From the NCBI GenBank assembly GCA_977030845.1, contig OZ365118.1:18600001-18664000 (forward strand): a DNA stretch of 64,000 nt, given 5' to 3'. Each line of letters starts with the position of its first letter. Within the stretch, counting starts at the first letter, position 1. A model generated the notes under the pieces. It did not search any database. It was given only the letters and a program-made list of their open reading frames with translations, and had not been told where the DNA came from. A program made the translations under genes and the position numbers. Of the stretch, positions 11,766 to 21,008 are shown in pieces. The DNA is from Fimbriosthenelais zetlandica (lineage: Eukaryota).

Positions 11766-13827
11766 CCCGGGGGTTTGACAAAACCACAGAAAGGAAATAC
11801 CAGTACAATCTTACTGATGGCAGGTGGACGTAGAAGATTTAGTGTGGTTTTACAATCTTATATTAGAAAAAGAATGGACTGAAATAGAACGATACGTAGA
11901 ACTAAGGCAATGTGTATTGGGTTAAGACTTGAACCCACATTTAAGTGACATTTTGCTAACATGAAATATGGATCTATATAGACAGGGCTGAAATGAAAAG
12001 ATAAAGAACTATAAAATAGAAGGCAATGTGTGAACGAGTAAAGACTTTAACCCACATTTTACTGGCATGTATAAAGGCTTACTTCATGTCATGAATGTCG
12101 TGAATGAGACATTAGTACGTCATTACTTAGTGACATGGTAGACATCAATGTGGACAGGAAATATGAGTGTAGTATATATAAAGAAGGAGCATGGGGGCTT
12201 ACCTTGTGGGACTTCCCCCCTATTCCCTCTCTCACCTTGTGGGACTTCCCCTCCTCCTTCTCTCATCTCCCTCTCAACCTTTTAACGCGTCAGGCCAAAT
12301 TATATGATATATGACCCGGTCAATATTCAGTAGATAGGTCTGAATTAAAGAATCAATATTGATCAAAAGGACAGTTACTTCGCCCATTGTCCACAAGGTG
12401 TCACTAGTATTAAAGTTTGTTAATTAAGTTTGGGAACAGGGGACCCATGATAAGTAATTAACGAGTAACCAGCAAAAAGAGTCCTGCCATCTGTGGGCGT
12501 GTAGATGAACTGCTTATCACTCCCTCCCAGCGCTCCCTCCCGGCAGGACTTATAGTCGTTAGTGAGGCTCGAGTGATTTACATGAAAAACTCCCGATTGA
12601 AAACCAAATTGGCGGAGAATTCCCCTATTCCACTCAATGCTTCTACCCTGCCTGGAACCACATCTAGTTTCATTTTCTTGGGACCAAAGGAAAAAGTCCA
12701 ATTAATATTTCCATGTCTCTCTTCCAAAGAAACTTCTAGCTTAGAAAGTACTGTAATTGTAGGCAACAGTTATTATAGGAAATAGTAATTGTAATAAATA
12801 GTAATTATAGGAAACAGTACATCAAATATCGTGGTTTAATACATGTAGTTCCCTATAGCGTCCTGTATGAAGTGACGTCATGAGAGCATATAACGGTAAG
12901 GACGTTAGAAGGTGAAGAGACCGGAAGTGGCTCGTGAAACGCCCCGGGCGTCTGTCACCAGCGCGTGTCAGATGTGTAGAGTTTTAATTAAACTTTAATG
13001 AGTTTATAATTAAATCTTCACATCTTTGTTTAACACTAAGACTTATTGCAGAACGATGCAATTAGTCAAACGGTGGGCTGGAATGATGGCTAGAGGTGCT
13101 GCCCCAGGCGGCGTGTGGAGGTACTATAGGCTCTGATGTATCACTCCTTATAATAAAGGGGGCAATGCTTCCTCTTACTGTCACCAGGCGTCACAGTCTG
13201 TCACATTATGTGACAGTCTGTCACCTTACCCCCCCCCCCCCCCCCCAGTCTGTCTCATGGCAGCTTCTATCTTGGACCAGGTTGCAGCATAGCTTGTGAA
13301 CCAAGGCCGTGTATATATCTTAAGTGACTCTCAAATTTCCAAAGTTCCACCAAGACCTAGTTCCCTTCATTGAGGACAGCTTCTCATACCCTGACTGTCT
13401 GTCACATTTGAGTGTCACTCAAGCATTGCCGATATCTCTCAATCTGATTATATCATAGGTGAAACATTTCCAAGAATATTTAACATAATATTATTGATAG
13501 ACATTCATAAATATTGTTATAAGTTTACAGTCAAATGAGGTGAATTTCTTTTACACTTTTTACACATTCTTGTTTCCGATGTCAGACTAATTGTATTCAT
13601 AATGAATTCCGTGTATTTCTTATTGTATAATTGTTACTTGATAATGGACTTTCTGAACTTCTCGTGGCCCGGGGCTTTCTAAGTTTGTTTTCCTTGACAC
13701 CGCGGGAGAAGGTTGAAGGGAAGAAGTGGTTTTAATGAGCGGGTCAATGAATTGTTGGTGACTTTCATCAAATCCATCCATATTCTCAACGGAAATGGTA
13801 CTAATTAAAATGATCATGTTAACAGGT

Positions 13828-13989
13828 GGGCGGGGGGCGCGGGGGGAGGGTCGGGGGGCGCGGGGGGAGGGGGCGGTCACTCATATATAGATGACGGACG
13901 CACTGGTCAGCCAGTTATTGCTGGACATCAAGACTGACCGTTAAGACGTGACGTGGAACACACCTTGGACATTTTCATTTACTCATAGG
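13828..13989 (+). promoter_or_regulatory. Probable promoter and non-coding first exon of Gly/His-rich gene A
   Basis: GC boxes at 13828-13877, TATATA at 13884-13889, an Inr-like CCAGTT ~27 nt downstream and a donor TAG|gttagt at 13990. The matching acceptor is at 15120-15122. An alternative closer start near 15015-15060 cannot be excluded. Confidence 0.5.
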
Positions 13990-14685
13990 TTAGTATCACT
14001 ATTTTTTGTATTCTTTATTAAATTTCTTTAAAAGTAAAAGTATATATTGATCATGAAATGTTCAATAGTAGGCCTAATCTCTCATATTTGAAGAATTCCT
14101 GTAAATTTGAATTCATGAAATCATTTGAAAGCTGCTGTAACGACAATCTCTTCTGCTGTATATCTAAACCCTACCCCTTATCTAACCCCTGTCCCACCCT
14201 ACCTAACCTTATCCCGACCTAAAGTATTTCTGACATGTATTTCTAGTTTAGAGAGATGGGGAATGGTTGTCTTGAGTTATGAATGTTAAGGATCATGGTT
14301 TATTTGATGATGTATTCAGGAATGTTTGATCTCCCGTGTAGACATGTTTTATTGTCATCTTTTATTGTCATATAGTCTGGTCATCCTGATCGTTAATGCA
14401 CACTAATCTCATGTATATGGATCAATCACTGAGATGTGAGGTATTAAATAATCCATGACTATAAAGTATCTGAAAGATGGAGGTCATTAACTGCTCACTC
14501 TCTCCTTAAAACGCACGTCGCTACTAAGCGGATAGAACCCTCACTTCTGGTATAGACTTGAGCCTGGATCCACCGGCCCATAGAAAGGCAAGGGAGGGTT
14601 CTGTCAAGTTTAGTCACCGACAATTTACTTAACAATCCCCGCCACCAGTCAGGGAGGTCATTATGCTCCCAGTAAATGACCAGTT

Positions 14686-14990
14686 TTGGTAGCTATAATG
14701 TCTGGAAGGGTCGGGTGGATACCAGCTCAATCAGAAGGTCCCGGGTTCAAACCCTCCACTCCTCACAATCATCTGTACTAGCTCTGTCTGCTCATTAAAT
14801 ATTCACATCAATCATAAAACATCCACAAATCAGAGAAGATATCCCGAGGCCTGCTCATATAGCGGCATCACGCGGCCTGCCCATATAGCGGCGGTTGTTA
14901 CCGCCCGGGGGCAGCGTCTCACTATGACGAGAACCATGACATCAAACTCGTGGCTCTCCTTAACATTCCCACTTCATCATTTATACAAAT
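14686..14990 (+). mobile_element. Degenerate tRNA-derived SINE-like element
   Basis: Pol III box-B GGTTCAAACCC at 14744-14754 with an A-box-like TAGCTATAATG upstream, then a GC-rich body. The 3' boundary is approximate. Confidence 0.4.
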
Positions 14991-15145
14991 ACCAGTCATT
15001 AAAATAATAAACTCATATAAGATAATGTTCAGTTCTTTCGGCCTTAAGATCTCTGTGTAGGTACCCATAGTACGTATGTCTAGACTTAATAACCTTCAAA
15101 CTAAATGTTATTTTATTTACAGGTGCCTGAAACAAAATTGCAAAG

Positions 15146-16031
15146 ATGAGAGAAGGCCTCCTATTGGCCCTAATCTCCCTGGGCGTGGTCTGTATTAGCC
15201 AATCAGAGGCGGGCTATGGTGGAGGAGGAGGAGGAGGTCACGGCGGAGGTTATGGCGGAGGTCATGGAGGAGGTCACGGCGGAGGTCATGGCGGAGGTCA
15301 TGGAGGGGGTCATGGAGGAGGTCACGGAGGAGGTCATGGCGGAGGTCACGGTGGGGGTCACGGAGGAGGTCACAGAGGTCACAGAGGAGGAGGGGGTCAC
15401 GGAGGAGGAGGAGGTGGTCACGGAGGAGGGGGGCACCGAGGAGGGGGGCACGGAGGAGGGGGGCACGGAGGGGGTCATGGAGGCGGGGGTGGACATGGCG
15501 GCGTCAGTTTTGGAGGTATTTATAACCTTGTTTCTTACATAACTTACATCTGATCATAAGATTCTCTTGGATGTAGAACATGGTATCAACATTTGTTATC
15601 ATTTGAAGCTGTATATAATATAATCTGACTTTAACTTGTATTCATTTCTTGCAGGGAGCAGTGTGAAGTTTTCTGCAGGTCGAGGCTCCAGTTTCGGTGG
15701 TTATGGTGGTGGTGGGGGAGGTGGAGGGGGAGGAGGCGGGGGAGGTCGGCGTGGTGGGGGAGGTGGGGGTGGACATAGTGGGGGAGGTGGTGGTGGTGGG
15801 GGTGGGTATGGTGGTGGGGGTGGTAATCCAGGGTTCCGTGGGGGACCTCATGGTGGTGTATTTGTTGGTTTTGGTGGGGGTGGTGGCGGTGCCAGTTACG
15901 TCCCTGAAGCCTTCAGTCTCAATAGTTACTTAAAGAGTGGCTCGTCGTACGGAGGTGGGAGTCAGTCTGTACCCAGTGCTTACAGTGTGGGTAGTTATCT
16001 ACAGAGTGGAGGGAGTTACGGCCATTATTAA
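15146..16031 (+). CDS. Secreted Gly/His-rich protein (gene A), 248 aa; exons 15146-15515, 15655-16031
   Basis: Signal peptide MREGLLLALISLGVVCISQSEA, then 10 consecutive GGGH units within a 19-His Gly-rich domain. A phase-1 GT-AG intron follows, then a poly-Gly/Tyr/Phe domain and a duplicated C-terminal VPxA[FY]SxxSYLxSGxSYG motif. Gly codons vary at the third position, as expected for coding DNA. AATAAA at 16396-16401. Confidence 0.88.
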
Positions 16032-18846
16032 ACATACTCTAACACACACCCCGCCATCCTACACTACACTTAGATACAGTAAGTATACTGCACCTCACAG
16101 TACCTCACATCATGCCTGCATTTCATGTTTGATTTTGAACATATTCCATATAATGAAATAATAACAATTCACTTGTATTTTTCAGATCTAAAAAAGTTAA
16201 CCTGTCTCTGCTGAATAATGAAGCTCACACCGGAGACATCTGGTGGAGATGTGAGGAACGAGAGGATGATGTAATGGCCGCCATGGGGAGACGAATCAGA
16301 TGCTAACATCTCTCCTCCTCTCATATCAATTCTCATTAACAGACCCCCAAACTACTCCCCCACAATGGTTAATGGCCACAATGGCCAAGAATGTAAATAA
16401 AAGTTATATTTATAATGAATATATTATATGTCTTCCTTTAATTTCGTTCATTCTAACATGGAGTGCTGTACTGAGTGCCGTATTCTGCCTATATGACACT
16501 CGTCACATACCAGTGAATTCGTCACATATTAATTCATGCTCCTCATCGTGCCATACTTTCAGCATATAGCTCATTCCGTGTGGTGATAGAGGCTATTACA
16601 GATGGCAATTATTATAGTTTCCCTCCTTGACACCAGTCGTTATCAATGGCGCTACCGTCAACTATTTGTACTCAGCTATGTTTCCCTCTTACTATTTTTA
16701 CCAAAGTGACCACACTAGCGCCTGATGAGACCTTTAGGTCGAAACCACTTATCCCATGTTGAGCTACATTTAATCCATATCAAATAAACTATTTATTACT
16801 GCTCTAAACCTGATTACATGCTATATAGGCATGAAAAGGACCTAAAACCATTATTCATAACCTTAACCACCTTTCCAAGCAACCCAACTTTAAGGTTTCC
16901 ATGGGACCACTAACCACTGTCCATTTATGACATAACTATTGTCAAGGTGAGCACAGGTGGAATGTTGTGTGGCAACCCAGCCTTATTGTGGTAGCGCAAA
17001 CAGGCTGTCTATATAATAACACGTCTGTCTCAGCTATGTTTCCACTTCCTTTTATTCATTTTGTCACTTCCAACCTATGGCAATACACATTTAAACAGGA
17101 AGTAGTTGTGTCTAAAAGTGGACGTTTTTCTATAGTTTTTCTATATACATGTACTTATATACTAAGTGGCAGGGCACTCTCAGAGCAAATACTACCCATA
17201 ATATTTCCCTCCCAACTACATATTCCCCAGCTTACTATTCCTATGGATGAACAATATTTGGGGTGGAATAAATAGTGGATTATCATATCAGTGAATGAGA
17301 AAACATGATATGAATGAAAAGATGATGAAAGTAGAGTGAAGTTTATGAGACATCAGTAAGCTAACTGTACGAGGTCTCGCCTGCTGATCCACTATTCACC
17401 ATTACGGTAGAGTGAGTGTTCATTATGTTATGGCAGGTTTTTTCACATGGCATTCATCAGGGCTATCTATATGATAGCCTCGAACAATACGCTACTCACT
17501 TGTTCATCATCCCAAAAGACTTAAGTCTCAAGAAATGTTTTGAATGTTTCCACTAGCCCAAATGACTGAATCATGAAAGATCTGTGACTTTAGAGTGGAG
17601 GTTATATAGAGTTATAGAGAAGTGCCAGGTATGAGTGAGTGGGGGTTGGGATGGTCAGTTTATAGCATTATATGGTTTAATGTTTGTTTAATGATGAATG
17701 TATCATTGTCCCTCATGTCCTACAGCCATGCTCCTCCCCGTGCTACAGCTGTTAGACAATAGGCCACACAATAACCTGATCTGTACATCTATAATTATTA
17801 ATGATTCTCCTTATAAATGATTAAGATCAATCATCAACCTGACCCTCTCCTCTTCCACCTGTCCCCACCTTATTCTTATTCTGAATATTTATAAGAATAT
17901 CCCATATTTATTATAATTATTGGCCGTTTATTGTCTTGTACCTTAATCATAATTTCATAGGAAAACATCCCATTCCGACATGAGCGCCTTTTAGACAAGT
18001 CTTACATTTGTAAACTCAAATATGACATGGCCAAAACCAGCTCTTATTATCTATAAAATATTCCCTATTTACTCTCGATAATTTGAAATTAAGTGATAAA
18101 TAATGACTTGATGTTATATTTTGAGTTGAGGGTACTTAGTACATGTATGGTAATGATCAGTTCATATACTAAGATGTATAAAGTTGTCACAGACAATGCT
18201 TCCCTCGCTGGCAATCACTATTCCCCATTATCTGACGTAGCCTTAAGGAAGGTCACCTCGCTTTCCCAGTAGACTTCCTACGGTTAATCAGATGACTTTT
18301 GCCTTTAAATGATGACATTTCTACGATACCTATGAATTATGAAAACATGTATTCTGACAGAATAAGATGTATTAATGATGTATGGATGTATTAATGTGAG
18401 GCCGGGGGCGGGGTGGTTTGATTAGGGTATGAGGGAGTATATATAGAGGAGAGGTGATGGTAGACAATCATCACAATCAACTCAACTTCTGATAACAGCA
18501 GCAACAGTCGGAGCAATCCCACACCACACACTAAAGTGAGTATAACTTTTACTATAGACACCTATAACTTACTATATAGACACCTGCCTATTTATAACTT
18601 ACTATAGAAACCTCCAGACATATATATATAACTTCTTGGGTCCTGGAAACTGTTATAAAACCTCAATGCAACTTAGTAAATCAGGAATTCTTGTGTCCTT
18701 TGCCTTACGTCTCACTTTACCTACACTTACGATATAATGCGACGTTATGTCTATGTTTTCCTTTACCTATCTTATCTTATGCCTTAAGTTACGTCTATAT
18801 TTGGCTTTCTATGCCTTACGTTGTCCATGTTTACGTTACAGCAATC

Positions 18847-19193
18847 ATGATGAAGCAGTGCATCTTCCTCCTGGCCGTCATGGTCGCCCTTGCAGCCGGT
18901 CAGTATAAACCCCACTAATCTTTACTTCATGTGTCGTACTGTCATCCTTTATTATTATATTGAGTTCTTTATTGAGTTTATTATACATTTTGTATTTGTT
19001 CTCTTCAGCTCAGTATAACAGTTATACCGGCTACAATCCCCAATACTCCAGCTACGGCCACGGTAACAACCAAGGACAGGGATACGGATACGGCTATGGA
19101 TACGGCCATGGCGGCAATGGCAATGGCAATGGCAATGGTTACGGCTACGGTTACGGAAGGAGCAACAGCGGCTACGGCTATAGTGCTTATTAG
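18847..19193 (+). CDS. Small secreted Gly/Tyr/Asn-rich peptide (gene B), 78 aa; exons 18847-18898, 19009-19193
   Basis: GC box plus TATATATA (18438-18445), and a non-coding exon ending at 18535 (AAA|gtgagt). The signal-peptide exon MMKQCIFLLAVMVALAA makes a phase-1 junction to QYNSYTGYNPQ...GYGYGYGYGHGGNGNGNGNGYGYGYG...SAY*. AATAAA at 19383-19388. Confidence 0.85.
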
Positions 19194-19922
19194 TGGAATA
19201 ACACTACATACATGGCCTACCTCTTCACAATGGTGGGCCTTCCTATTATATTGCTAATTATGATTATTATCTTTCCAACTATTAGAAATGTAAGTGTAAG
19301 CTATCAATACTGATTCATTCTCCATCTTTTCCAGGTGTCAAGGAACGTGCCTCAAGACATGCGTGGTGGTTGATTATTCAAAAATAAAATGACATTAAAA
19401 CCTATATATTTTGTTCGTGATTTTTGATACTTTGTTTATTTCATTTATTTAATCTTTGTGCTATCCAAAAACCTCAGTTAAAACCATGACTCGAACTGAC
19501 TGAGAGTTCTCAGACGGCTTCCAGAGGGATTGTGTATTGTTAAAGTGTATTGTCACGTTCCACCTGTTTTATACAAGCTCAATATCCCCAGGTATCCCCA
19601 GATATCACTAGATATCCCCTTATATCACTAGATATCCCCAGATATCACTATACTGGCCGCCTGTCACGGCTGACCTGTCGTCACGGACCCACCATTATGT
19701 CCTCCTGTCAAGCGTGACGTCACGAACGCTCGTTAAGTCACGTGGGGAGGAAGCTGCACCTTTTCCATGGTAACAGATGAGTAGAGGAATAGATGTTAAT
19801 ATGGTGGTGAGGTATATAAAGCCGGGAGGTGGGCAATGGTCATCATCACAGCTGTATCTGCCCTCACCTGAGGTAGTCAAAGTATTATAGAACTTTATAC
19901 ACAGGAGAAAGGTGTAGACGAC

Positions 19923-21008
19923 ATGGATATGAGACGAGAGATGCTATTGGCTGTGGTGGTACTGGTGACTTCAATCCTCCACCAATCACAGGCCATGGGA
20001 CAAAGTCCAGTCCAGGTTGGCCCAGGCTACAGCCAGGGTCACCACGATCCACCCCAGGCTGCCCCAGGCTACAGTCAGCCTGCTCCAGGCTACAGCCAGC
20101 CTGCCCCAGCCTTTACAGAGTTTACAGGGCCTCACTCCATGTATAGTGGACCAGGGATGACCCCTGACAGTCATATGTACGGTCACTTTACACCTGGATT
20201 CACACCTGGTGCCGGTATGTACCATACTGGACATGATACCGGTATGATGCCCCACCCCATGCCTAATACAGGCCTGTATATACACGACCCTAACACAGGT
20301 ACTCACCTAGTCCCCCACCCAGACATATACAGGCCTGACGCCGCGGGCTATGGTCAGTCAAATGGTCACTCAATGAACTATAACCCTACAGGTGGACTAA
20401 CAGTGAAGGCTGGTGAGATGATAGGAGCTGGACATAATGTGAGGGCTGGGTACGGTCAGCCTGCAGGCTGGACTGACCAATACTCAGGTCCTATTGATGG
20501 CCTGGGTCCGGCTGCAATCAATGGACATAGCCTGGGTATGAGTGGATATGGCCACAGTGGTCAATTGACCATTGGAGGGCATAAAGTGACCGGTGGAGGG
20601 AGTCCGGTATCAGCGGATTACACGCCCGCTGGGTCTACTCCTGGTTATGGTACAGTCCACAGTCAGATTATACCAGCATCAGAATATGACACAGTCCACA
20701 GTCAGATTATACCAGAATATGACTCAGCGAGAAGTAGTGGATATATACAGACAATGAGTAGTGGACAAGTGAGTAAAGCTGGCAAAGTGAGTAGCAGTAT
20801 GTATGGACAGTCAGGTAGTCATGGGTACGATGCCAGTAGTCATGGATACGGTGCCAGTAGCCATGGATACGATGCCAGTAGTCATGGATACGATGCCAGT
20901 AGCCATGGATACGATGCCGGTAGCCATGGGAAGGGCACAAATAATGGAAAGATCTACCTGAACCGGGGAAATAGCCTTGGCTATAACGAGGTGCGATGGG
21001 GAATATAA
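19923..21008 (+). CDS. Secreted His/Tyr/Gly/Pro/Ser-rich protein (gene C), 361 aa, apparently single coding exon
   Basis: TATATAAA at 19813-19820 and a 361-codon ORF with signal peptide MRREMLLAVVVLVTSILHQSQA. It has GYSQ(PAP) repeats, a duplicated TVHSQIIP and five (G/S)SHGY(D/G)A heptads (20814-20930). AATAAA at 21126-21131. Confidence 0.87.
   Translation: MDMRREMLLAVVVLVTSILHQSQAMGQSPVQVGPGYSQGHHDPPQAAPGYSQPAPGYSQPAPAFTEFTGPHSMYSGPGMTPDSHMYGHFTPGFTPGAGMYHTGHDTGMMPHPMPNTGLYIHDPNTGTHLVPHPDIYRPDAAGYGQSNGHSMNYNPTGGLTVKAGEMIGAGHNVRAGYGQPAGWTDQYSGPIDGLGPAAINGHSLGMSGYGHSGQLTIGGHKVTGGGSPVSADYTPAGSTPGYGTVHSQIIPASEYDTVHSQIIPEYDSARSSGYIQTMSSGQVSKAGKVSSSMYGQSGSHGYDASSHGYGASSHGYDASSHGYDASSHGYDAGSHGKGTNNGKIYLNRGNSLGYNEVRWGI

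Noticed and set aside
12420-12785. Overlapping short ORFs upstream of sGC-alpha
   Set aside because: No recognisable motif and no consistent splice sites; possibly decayed TE sequence.
15203-15933. Antisense and alternative-frame ORFs over gene A (Ser/Thr/Pro-rich, Glu/Val-rich)
   Set aside because: Shadows of the Gly-codon repeats; only the Gly frame has a signal peptide and in-phase splice sites.
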